From the human T2T-CHM13v2.0 reference genome, Homo sapiens: a DNA stretch of 64,000 bases. Position 1 is the first letter of the stretch; every line of letters begins with the position of its first letter. Made by a program: the position numbers and the translations under genes. The DNA lies in assembly GCF_009914755.1 (NCBI RefSeq), contig NC_060928.1, one strand, 5' to 3'. The notes beneath the pieces were generated by a model, which was not told where the DNA came from, made no database searches, and saw only the letters and a program-made list of their open reading frames with translations. Below are positions 50,314 to 64,000 of the stretch, one piece after another.

Positions 50314-50537
50314 CATAAAAAATGATGAGTTCATATCCTTTGTAGGGACATGGATGAAATTGGAAATCATCATTCTCAGTAAACTATCGCAAGAACAAAA
50401 AACCAAACACCGTATATTCTCACTCATAGGTGGGAATTGAACAATGAGATCACCTGGACACATGAAGGGGAATACCACACACTAACCTGCACAATGTGCA
50501 CATGTACCCTAAAACTTAAAGTATAAAAAAAAAAAAA
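50314..50537 (+). mobile_element. Very short young L1 (L1HS/L1PA2-like 3' end) with internal deletion and 16-bp TSD
   Basis: TSD AAAATTTGGCATAGGG at 50298-50313 and 50534-50549. L1 3' sequence with poly(A). Confidence 0.93.
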
Positions 50538-50571
50538 TTTGGCATAGGGAACCGTGTAAGTTTATTTAATT

Positions 50572-50737
50572 CAGTAATTCTCAACCCTGGCTGTGAAATT
50601 AGAATCATATGGGAGCTTTTAAAAAATCATGATGTCAGAATTATATCTCAGACCAAATAATTCAGACTTTGAAGATGGATCCTAATATAGATATTTTGAA
50701 GAGGCTTCTAATGGGCATCATGAATTAAGCACCATTG
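50572..50737 (+). mobile_element. MER5-type DNA transposon
   Basis: CAGTAATTCTCAACCCTGGCTG...TTAGAATCATATGGGAGCTTTTAAAA...TTAAGCACCATTG. Confidence 0.7.
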
Positions 50738-52938
50738 GTTACTACATGCTTTGTTAAAATTAGGGGCTTCTGATCACATAAAATATCAGAATAAGTCAAT
50801 GACATTAGTGGCAATATTGTGTCTTAATATCTATATTATTCAACCCATAAGGTCTTGTGAACCACCCAACCCTGGGTGAATTAGTATCTTCTCCATAGAA
50901 AAATGGTGTTGCATACACACTTAAAGTGGTGATCATCAAAGTAATATCTACACACTTGCTGAGAAACGCCTTTTCTATTTCTTCCCTGAGGCTTCAGGAA
51001 GCTACACTTACATCTTCATTGAATAAACTTGTTAAGGGCGGGCAGATTGGCAGGCAGCTTCTCTTAAATGCTGGTATTTGAACTTGGTCTAAGAAAGCAC
51101 CTCTTGTAATTTACTTTAAACTTGGCTGAATGAAGGTGATTTTGTACTTGGGCTAGGGATGAAGGGAGCTTCTCTTTCCCTTGGGGAACCCATGAAGGAT
51201 GAGAACATTTACTGTGTGTGCTTCTCCCCACCTTTCCTTGAAAATAAATAAAACCACATTGTGCTGTTGCTCCACTCTGTTCAGGCATGTTGAGCCACGT
51301 TAGCTGTATTTGCTCTCCTTCATTCTGTTGCACGATGCTTGGAATAAAGAGTGTTACAAGAAGCTTGATTTGTTTCTGCTTCTCCAACAATGTCATGTAG
51401 CTAATAACCAATTTTACTTTAACATTCCTAGATTCAAAAGCAGCACCTCTATTTCATATTACCACATAATCAGCAGAAAATTCAATCTTTGTTTACTGAG
51501 ACTTCAGATAAGAGAATCCAGGGATTTTGTCTACTAAGTTATATGCAGTTTTAAAAATACCCATTGCTTAATAAATCCCTGTACCAAATATTACAAAGAC
51601 ATTCAGAAAAAATATAAAAAGAAAGTCAGTATTTTAACCATCATTCTGGGATAAAATATAAAGGAATTGGCCTAAGGAAAAATATATCCATCTTGCATAC
51701 CTCAGAAAACTTAACTTTTATTTTGGCTTCTTATACAGTTCCTAGTAGTTAAAACATGATTTTATACAATTTTTTTTATAAAGTAAGAGATGATAGCTTT
51801 TTGGCTTTTTGTTTGCTTGTTTAACATGTCAGGTTACATACTAAACTAAATGTTTTAAACAATTTGAAAATGCCTCAGAACAGTAATTGAAAGTAAAATC
51901 ATAAACAAAATATAGTTCTATTTTGAGAAAATGCACCTTCACATATACCTTTCTTTAAACAGTTAATTAAATACTCAAGTGTTTCATGGTCATTTAATAT
52001 TTAAGATAAATGAATTCAGACTGTAAACATTTTGTATGTTGCTTTATTGGCTAAATTATATGTGCAAGGCACCTTGCACATACTAGAGGATAAAAATATA
52101 TTTTGGATTGATTATTACCATTAACATAACCTATATTTTTAGCTTGTAATGTTCTCAACGGTAATTTTATTTTGGTAATTCCCTTATATTTTAATTTTTA
52201 TCTACGGTAAAATTAAATAGAAAAGTGATGCTTAAATGAAATCTATAGATTTGTCACTAGCAATTAATTTCAAACTTTGTACTTTTCTTTCTTGCCTGGC
52301 AGATTATTTTTGTATATAAATTTTAAAAGTGGTATCTATATATAGGTAAAAGGAGAAACCACAAGTAATGAGGGAGTGAAACAGAGAAAAAAGAAAAAAA
52401 ATTTCAGACTAGGCATAAAGCAGTAACCTCTAACTAATCAAAGATATTTTACCTTGTAGCATTTCTATTTATTCCCCTAATTACATAACTCTTCATTAGA
52501 AGGGAATTTCACCTTACAATTTTCCATCTATGATAATTATATACTGCGGTAGCACTAGTAATAGCACCATGAACCAAGTATTTCAGAAACTCTGAAAGAA
52601 ACGCAGAAGGGCTCGGCCACTATCTTGTGTTGCTGCGTGTTGTCTTCCCTGTTGGTGAGTAGAGTTTCTGTGTCACAAATGTGAAGGAAGGTGTGGGTAT
52701 GCCCTGGTTCCGACCTGAGGCTAATTTTTTTATATTAATTTATGATTCACAGACTTTGACGGGGTTTTGTTTGTTGTTCATTTGTTCTAAGATGTTATTT
52801 CACTTTTACAAAATAACTGAAATCTAATTTTGTCCCCCTCTGAAGGAATAAGAAGAGGGCAAATTTAATTCATCAGTCCAAAGTCTAAAGATACTTGCTT
52901 TGGTATAATTGAAATGTAAACTTACTCCAGATTTCTGA

Positions 52939-53356
<418 letters not shown>

Positions 53357-54348
53357 GTGCTGATTTTAACATAAATTTCATGTCATAGAAATGAGTCATA
53401 AAGTAGAAAGAGGAACCTTAGATTTGAAAATGAGCCGAAACAAATTAAGGTTTTCAAAATTCATGCTAATTAGATGTTAGTGTTTAGTGAAGAATGACTC
53501 CTGCTTATTGATATAATTAAGCCAAAAGATTTGGTATATTTTAATCTAAAAATTTTAAATAAAAAATCATTTTTATATGTATATTTATATCTATAAATGT
53601 ATATTAATATTTTATATGATATAAATATTAATAAGATTAATGTTTTACATAACACATTTATACTTTTTATATTATAAATAGCATGTTACATATATTACAT
53701 ATAACTATATGTTTCATATTTCTTTTTTTCGTGAAAATGAACTAAAAACAAGTAGAAAATACATTATAAGGCAATATTAGTATAATAGTAGTATGAATAC
53801 TACTAAACACAAGGACATTGAAGCAACCTCCAATCCTGAACTTTAGAATATAAGTTTAAAATAAAAATCAAGAAAGAGACACATAATGAATATCTGCAGC
53901 TTTTTTTTTTTTTAAGGTAGAAGAGAAAGTCAAATGTGACAAAAGATTCTCTGCTATTTACTCTTCCCTTTCTCATTCATAGCTATCTCAGTATCCAGTG
54001 TATGAATCTTATCTGGGATACAGAGAAAATGGGAGAAGTTGATTCAGACCCTTTGAAAGGATAAAAATGGTTAATGGCAAATTTGGGAAATCTGTAGTAA
54101 AATTTTTACATATAAGCTCATTTCACTTTTATTGTGGTAACTTATATTAATGGATCTTCTTTATTCTACAAAATCCATTGGGTGGGCATTCTGATTTATG
54201 TCTCTGAGGAGGGCTCATACAAACAGCGAAGTATTTTTTTTATTTGTTAATATCTGAAATTGTAGGATATAGAATAGATTTAGTAAATTACACATTTAGT
54301 CAATTACCCCATGCTAGTTTTTCCTTCTTTCCTTATAAAATAAACCAA

Positions 54349-56340
<1,992 letters not shown>

Positions 56341-57048
56341 CCAAAAGAGAAAATACAAATGTGTCCCTGCGTAATAAGATGACCGACCATAGGTCCTCAT
56401 TTGTCCCTTACGACCTGGCTTTTAATTGTTGTGCTGGTACATTATTTAGAGTGCTTCTTTTCACTCTCTGAACGACCTAGTTTCAATAGTAAATAAGACT
56501 GAATCTTAGAAGTACAGAAGGTAGACTCTCCAGACTGATTTAGGTGCCCAGGAACAGGGATACCCATTGTGGTCCATGTCATTTGGAAGACTGCAATTCT
56601 CCTAGGTTTCCCCTGTACCTAATCTTGTTCTGTGATATAAGTATGTAGTGTAGCCACAGTTTGGGGTTTGTCAGGTAGTTGGTCCTCAGAGAGGGTTCCT
56701 GTTCTTCAGCATGGTATGAACATATTTCCCTACATGTCTGAAAGTAGTATGAATACGGCACTGAGCACTCAAGGAACGGAAGAGATACCGTATCGCCCGG
56801 TATGGAGAATGCAACAACAGACTGAGTACAACAAGGACTGAGGGCTAGCAGAAAGTGTGCATCTTAGCTAAGGCTGATTTTAACACAGATAAATACAGTG
56901 TGGGTCAGGTCCTGCCATACAGAGCCTGGTGCTTGTCTCTCCAAAATGGCTCCAGAATTTACAGAGATTGGGAGAGACTCTACATTGAAAGGAATTACCT
57001 TTCTGACATCTCAGAGGATTAAATGATACTTACTTGTACAATAAGGCT

Positions 57049-57964
57049 CATAAACAAAAAATAAAATCCCAAGCCCCTCAACTGACTGAACTCCCTCTTG
57101 GCCAAGGGGACCCTGAGAAACCTTGAACACTGGATTCTTGGCCATGACAGGATGGGAGGTCAGAAATGCCTCATTATACTCCCTCCCTTTTTCAGTTTAG
57201 ACACAACAACTGATCAGTATTAACGTTGAAACAGAGATCATAGGATGGACAGAACAGACACTGTGGCAGTAAGACGCCAAATTATAAATAAGACCTAAGG
57301 CTATGCCAGGCAATGATTAAGTTATATACTCCTACACTTAAAGAATAAACTATGTTGTAACTTCCACAAGGTATTTTTTTACTCTAGCAACTAAACAAGC
57401 ACTGGCCTCAAGATAAGCAATAGTAAAGCAATTGTAGCTCACTGCCAGATGCTGGCTGAGCCCCTGTTTCACAAGCCATCACTACAGCTTTGATTGGACA
57501 AGAGACTGATTTTAGTAACTTTCTCCTGATTCAAAAACCACCAACTGTGGACTGGTTCTGGCCAGTTTACAGAGGCTGTACACTTGAATGCCTTCATGTT
57601 CTGAAAAGATCTTTGACATACAAGGCCAATTGTAAGACATTTAAATGTTAAATCTCCACCCTGAAGTGAACATGGGTCATATGTAACATGCATATTTGTT
57701 CAATACACATGCATCAGGACCCCCTTTGTAAATATTCATGGCTCCTACTGCAACCTGTTGAATATCTACAAGTTTAGCCAACCTGCTCCTGCTCAGCTTA
57801 AATTTCTGTCTTACCCCTCCCTCCTTCCAAGTCCATGCTTCTGAGCTTCCACCAGAGGCTGCACTTCCCAGCCAGTCACAATGGGCACCCTGTAGGCTGT
57901 AACCCTTTATAAGAAATAAAGTCTCCTTTCCAAAATTATAAATTGTATAATTTTTCAGTTAACA
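57049..57964 (+). mobile_element. MER4 (D/E-like) solo LTR, ERV1
   Basis: TAAACAAAAAATAAAATCCCAAGCCCC...CTCTTGGCCAAGGGGA start and TTTATAAGAAATAAAGTCTCC...GTTAACA end. Confidence 0.8.
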
Positions 57965-58509
57965 AACTAAATGTGGACTTAAATAAATTTACTTGAGTAA
58001 TGAAAAAACAAAGAAATCTACATTTTTGACATCGTTATATGCAGACTAAAATGTATTCATGACAGAGGTTTATTTGTTCCTTTATTTTTTATTTTTTGCC
58101 CTCTAAAGAGATTTTTGAGAGTTTGAGGGGTTGTTTTTAAGGACCTCTCCCTAAATAATTAACTATTAAACTAGATTATTGCTTCAATGATTAGAAAGGG
58201 TACTGATAAACAAAAAAAGAAAACCCTGAAGTTTTAGTTACTACCATATTCCCATAAATTTTAATGACAAATTACAGGAATAGAGCATCAAATGACTCCA
58301 TAGAATGGCTCCATAATCACCCTATAAGGAGTGCAGTGTAACACAGAGGACTAGATAAAGCTTCTTGATTTTTTTCCCCCAAATCTTCTCCATTTATTTT
58401 AAAGCCAACTCTGAGTTATCCAGAATGCTGAACACAACTAGACCCTAAAGAACCTTTTTTAACCGATAGAAAGTCAGAGTGGCCATGCTTGGTCATATAT
58501 TAAATCATA

Positions 58510-58985
58510 TATTTGATGATTCTCTGTTTGCCCTATCCCAGATCAATTCACTGCTCTGTGTCCTGGGGGATTGATCCCTAAGCACTGTCTACCTCTGGAG
58601 TCTTTGGGCTTTAAGTGATTTTGGTCTATGTGTGGCATTGGCAGAGACAATGATGTCAGAGGAGTGGGAAGTTCACTGCATTTATTTGCCCACTCTTTCC
58701 CTCCCTTGCCATGATTCTGGCAGTGGCTGTGCATAGCTACAGATCTTGTTGGAAAGCCCTCTTCCACCACTCAGCTTCTATAAAACCCCAGTTTCACCAT
58801 TCCATTTCCTTGCCTGGCAGATCTAGATATGGTTCTCTCTCTGTTACTCATCTCTAGGTAACCATTCTTTGCAGGTTCCATCAATGCTGCCCACACTTTG
58901 GTAAATCATTCCTTGATTAAATTATTTTGCCAAAGCCTTGGAGTACGCCATCTCTTTCCTGCCAGGACCCTGTCCGGTCCAGGAA
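58510..58985 (+). mobile_element. ERVL solo LTR, LTR33-like
   Basis: CCCACACTTTGGTAAATCATTCC...GCCATCTCTTTCCTGCCAGGACCCTG end motif. Confidence 0.6.
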
Positions 58986-59703
58986 TCTATTTTGCATTTG
59001 ATGCCAATCTTCCTTGTTTCCAGAGACATTATTGCTGTTACAGTGCTAAAAATGATCCAGGAAGTTCATCTCAATTTAATCATCTCCCTACTATTAGACT
59101 GATACACTAGAGCCAGTTGTGTGACCACAACTCTTCTTCCCTTTTATTCATTTTCCTTCTACAACTGCCCATCCTATCCCTTATACTTACATCTTTTATC
59201 TGACATTCTGTGGCATTCATTCATTTTCCACTCCCCATTATAACTTCCCATGATATATTTTTTAAAATTAACAATTCAGTAAGATAAGGATGTTAAGAGA
59301 AAAAGGAATCAGATTACTTTGATATTTTTAGCTTTGGTAACTAAAAATCTGTATCAAACCAACCTATGCAGCAGGATACCTATTAGCTCATCCAGCTTGA
59401 CAACTAGGGCAGGGCAGGTTTCAGGGTTGGGTGATTCATTTATTTGCTCAACAATGTCAGCCAGTACCCAGGCTCTATCTCCTCCTCTTCTCTGCCATCC
59501 AGACATTTATAGGTAGCAATATTGGTCTACCTCATAGTTGTAAGATTGTGTCAAAGAGCAATTCTACGTGAGGTTGCAAGTCTCCTCCTGTGGTTCAATC
59601 TTAAGAAAAAAAAATCATGTCTCTCCTTTTTTTTCTTTTTAATTCACTTTGGTCTAGACTTTCCATTCTTATTGTTGAGCTAATTTTAAGTTAAACAAAA
59701 AAC

Positions 59704-60064
<361 letters not shown>

Positions 60065-60334
60065 TTAATACTGATGGTCACCTTAGTGCAACTATTTGTG
60101 ATTTGCTTCAGACAAACACTTAAGGATGTTGCTGATGGCATATTTCTACTTCATGATAAAGTTGAGAAACTAGCTGAATAATCTCAAAGTAATTTATATA
60201 TTTCTCTTCTCTTCAGGTGATTCATAGAGAAATATGCTCTTATATTAATTTATCCTTCCAATATATTTGTTTATAGCTCTCCAAATTAATGGAGTGAGGT
60301 CTAGAGAGTTTCATGTTATTTAATGGATGGGGGC

Positions 60335-60740
60335 TGATGTGGTTTGGGTATTTGTACCCTCCAGATCTCATATTGAAATGTGATCCCCACTGTTGGAGGT
60401 GGAACCTAGTGGAAGGCATTTGGGTCATGGGGCAGATCTCTCATGAATGGCTTGGTGCCATCATCTTGGTGATAAGCGAGTTCTCACTCTGTTAGTTCAC
60501 GTGAGAGCTGGTTGTTTAAAGCCTGGGACCTCCTCCTGTTTCCCCGCTCCCTCTCTTGCCATGTGACATGCTTGCTCTCCCTTTGCCTTCTACCATGAGT
60601 AAAAGCTTCCAGAGGCCTCACCAGAAGAGGCTGTACATGCTTGTACAGCCTGCAGAACCAGGAGCCAATTATATCTCTTTTCTTTATAAATTACCCAGTC
60701 TCAGGTATTCCTTTATAGCAATGCAAAATGGACTAATACA
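60335..60740 (+). mobile_element. MSTB-like solo LTR with perfect 5-bp TSD
   Basis: TGATGTGGTTTGG...GGACTAATACA. GGGGC at 60330-60334 and 60741-60745. Confidence 0.9.
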
Positions 60741-60795
60741 GGGGCTAAATCATAATTCTGTTCTTGGTAACACATGTAATTAAAAAAAAAACCAT

Positions 60796-60820
60796 TGAGA
60801 CTCCATCTCAAAAATAAAAA
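60796..60820 (+). mobile_element. Ultra-short Alu 3' remnant
   Basis: TGAGACTCCATCTC plus A tail, between near-duplicate flanks. Confidence 0.6.
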
Positions 60821-61175
60821 TAAACTATCAGTAGTATCTAACATTTGAGAAAAAGAGCATGATTTTGAAGATCTGTGTTTGAATTTCTCATGTGACATTC
60901 CCTTCTATAATTGGTTATGGAGACTTTGAAGGTTTATCTTACATTTTTTGATCTTAGGTTCATTACATACAAAATAAAGAAGTAGATTAGAGGTCTGTTT
61001 CAAATCTCTGAAATTGTTACTTATCTTGCAAAATTTTCTTTGTGTTCTTTTCTTTTTAAACTATTTAATCACAAGAAATATAGTATTTAAATAAAATGGA
61101 CTAGGTCATTATTTGCTTTTACACAGCTAATAAGAATATCTAAACAAAATTTAAAGCTTAGTGTATAATTACAAA

Positions 61176-62099
61176 TTTTCCATATTACCTATAAATAACC
61201 TAAAAATTGGAGACTTGCTACTAAAAACATTAACCATTCCATTTCTAACTAAATGCATTCTAACTAAATGTCAAGGGTATTTGAAATATATAAAAGTGTC
61301 AATTGTATTTCTATAATTAAGAATATAATGAAGGAAGTCAAATAATTATCATTATTTATGTAATTAAGTTACAAGTTGGATAGTTATCTTGAAAATTTCC
61401 AGGAGGCATCAACACCTAAATGAGCTATTTAAATTTAATACCCAACTCTTTTAAAAATAAATCCCCAGTCATCACTTTAAAGCTGCTTAGATCTGTTCTA
61501 CTTTTCATCTCGAGTTCACTGGAAATCAAAGAAAGGGGAGTCTGAAGCCTCAGCCTGAGAATTTCTGGTGGATTTTAAACTTCTGTTTCTACTTTCATTG
61601 TTAATGTATGCTGCTGAGACAAATCTCACTAAGAGGATCTTCAGATTTAGATTCACAAGCATAATATAATCAGCTCCCTTCTCTTTATGCGACCTATCAA
61701 TCTCTGTAGCACTGTTTTATACTGATGTCTTTCCTTGTAATATCTTCTTCATAACCTCTTACTAGAGAAACTGAATTTATTCATTTTGTAACTCACTTAT
61801 AATCAATGTCATTGAAAGAATAGTGTATATGTATATTTCTTGTTTCTGTCTCTTCATATCTTATTCACAAAACCTGCCACAGTTTTATTTCTGGTTCTTC
61901 CACTCGATTGAAATTCATCCCATACAAGTAACCATAGACTGTCAAATATAGTGATTAGTTTTCATATGACTTATAAATAACTTAAAAATGGAAACTTGCT
62001 ACTCAAAACATGAACCATTTCATTTCTAACTAAATGCATTCTAGCTAAATGTCAATGGGATTTGAAATACTTAAAATTATTAATACATTTCTATAATTA
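61176..62099 (+). repeat. Dispersed ~140-bp direct repeat (61176-61319 and 61959-62099)
   Basis: Both copies read CATAT.AC.TATAAATAAC.TAAAAAT.G..ACTTGCTACT.AAAACAT.AACCATT.CATTTCTAACTAAATGCATTCTA.CTAAATGTCAA.GG.ATTTGAAATA...ATTTCTATAATTA. Confidence 0.92.
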
Positions 62100-62520
62100 T
62101 TCTTTATTGTAGAAATAGAATTAACACTGTGTTTAACATTTTTTACATTACTGATCATTTCTTCCTTCCTTGACTTCCTTACACCATCTATTCATGTTTT
62201 TCTCTAGTTTTTCTGAAAAATCCCTTTTAGTAATCACCAACTAGTCTCCCTAGGAAGAATCAGTAAATGTTGCATTAGGTACCTAAAGCCTCTATATTCA
62301 AAATTCAACTTATTTTCCTTTCCTCCACTCTATCCCAGTATATGGCTTTTCTACTCATTGGTTCTATGTCCAGTCTTAAAGTCATGATACAGGAAGCCAA
62401 ACCTGATTCTTTACCACAGCAAATACTTCAACATGCTTTTTTATTTCTAGTATTTCTTAACTGCCCAATTCAAAAACTTGTTACTTATTACTGAACTATT
62501 GAAATTGTAATTTAATAAAG

Positions 62521-64000
62521 ACAGATATTAATATCAAAAAGTGGGAGTCCTGCTATAACAAATTGCTAAAAATATGGAAGCAGCTGTGGTAATGGGTAAT
62601 GGGTAGAGGCTGTAAGAGTTTTCAGGTGTATGCTAGACAAATCCGATATAGCCATGAACAAAATTTTAAAGGTGAATCTTGTCAGAAAGAAAAGGGTAGA
62701 ACTATAGAGAAAGCTTATCTTCTTAGAGAACACCTAAGTAACATGAATAGAATGTTGGCTAAAATATGGATGGTAAGGCCATTCTGCTGAGACTTCAGAT
62801 GGAAATGAGGAGCATGTCATGGGACAATAGAGAAAAGGAGATCCTTGTTATTAATAAGCAGCAAAAAAAATTAACTGACTTGTGTTTGTGTTCTACTGTT
62901 TTGTGGAAGGTAGAACTTGCAACCAAATTGGATATTTAACCGAGGAAATGTCTAAGCAAAGCATTGAAGGAGCAATTTGGTTACTCTTGCCTGATTATAG
63001 TTAAGTGTGAGAAGAAAGAAATGCTTTTAAGACAGAAATGTTGAGAAGGAAGTAGAATTTAAAGATTTGGAAAATTCTCAGCCTATCCACTTTGAAAACA
63101 CTGAGAAAGTGTGTTGAGAAGAGACGATTAGGAGTATGGCCAAGTGACCATTTCAACCACAAACCTAAATAGCCCTCTCAACAGGAGCCAAGCATTGTTC
63201 TTGAAAATAAAGAAGGATGATACCACTTACCCCACAAGGTGATTCAGAGATAATCAGGGCTGCCTCCTTCACCACAGGCTCAGAGTGCAAGGGCCAGAGG
63301 CACAGAGCAATTTCAAAGGCTTGGGCATCCTCTCTGATTCAGGTGGGCCAGAATGCTCACACTCAATGCCTTAGGTATGGGCTTCCATGCCACAGCTGTT
63401 GCATGGGCTGTGCCCAATAGAGCCAGGGGGCAAGGTCACCACCCAGAGTCATGGTGCTATGACCCAAGACCAGCAGAGTCACCAGCATGTGATTCTAGCC
63501 CAGAAGAGCCATGAACACATGAGTCTTGCTCAGCAGAGCTGTGGAAATGGGGCCACTGCTCTAGGGGGTCTGGAGGGCAGAGAAGTTAGCCAGAGGATTA
63601 TTTTGAACCTTAAGGTTTAATTCTTGAGCCCTGATGGGTTTTGAACTTACTTGATACCCTTCACCTCTTCCTTCTTTCCTATTTCTGTATTTGGAGTGGG
63701 AATGTTTATCTTATGCTTGTCTGACCAATGCATTTTGGAAGCACGTAACTGTTTTGTTTCACATGTTCATAGTTAAAGAGAAATTTAATGATAAATCATA
63801 ACTTGTGCCTCCCTCATATTTGATGTAGATGATATCTAGATAAGACTTTGGACCTTAGTTTTTGGAGTTGATACTGGAATGAGTTAATGCTTTGGGGGCT
63901 GTTGGGTTGAAATGAATGCATTTTGCATGTGAGAAAGACACAAATTTGTGGGGGAGCAGAGGAGTAATGAAATGGACTGAATGTTTGTGTCCCTCAAAAT
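62521..64000 (+). mobile_element. MaLR internal region (MST/MLT1A-int), with its 3' LTR starting at ~63968 and running off the window
   Basis: Colinear with the internal region at 11497-13173 (AAAAATATGGAAGCAG...GGGTAATGGGTA; TTTTGGAAGCAC; AGATAAGAC). LTR start TGGACTGAATGTTTGTGTCCC. Confidence 0.85.

Noticed and set aside
56750-56805. Small CpG-rich hairpin ATACCG-N7-CGGTAT
   Set aside because: A 6-bp stem is too short and has no tRNA, snoRNA or miRNA architecture.

Overview
AT-rich, CpG-depleted primate genomic DNA, very probably human (it contains an Alu with all five AluYa5 diagnostic positions). It reads as deep intron or intergenic sequence. I find no host protein-coding gene, RNA gene or prokaryotic system. 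Every long ORF is a LINE-1 ORF1/ORF2 remnant, and the short ORFs are antisense-L1, Alu, LTR or low-complexity artefacts. Much of the window is recognisable interspersed repeat: young and old L1s, about 15 Alus or Alu fragments, MaLR/ERVL/ERV1 LTRs, MER20/MER5 DNA transposons, L2 and MIR. The notable signals are structural: (1) a tail-less Alu fused to the 5' end of a 5.6-kb L1, with one target-site duplication (TSD) around the whole unit (candidate Alu-L1 template-switch chimera); (2) two twin-primed, 5'-inverted L1s; (3) a short young L1 missing its G-rich 3' UTR tract; (4) several local templated-insertion or fold-back scars; (5) neighbouring Alus sharing non-consensus variants; (6) a few repeat-free candidate regulatory or exon elements. 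Subfamily names are from recalled consensus motifs, not a RepeatMasker run, and boundaries of old repeats are approximate.
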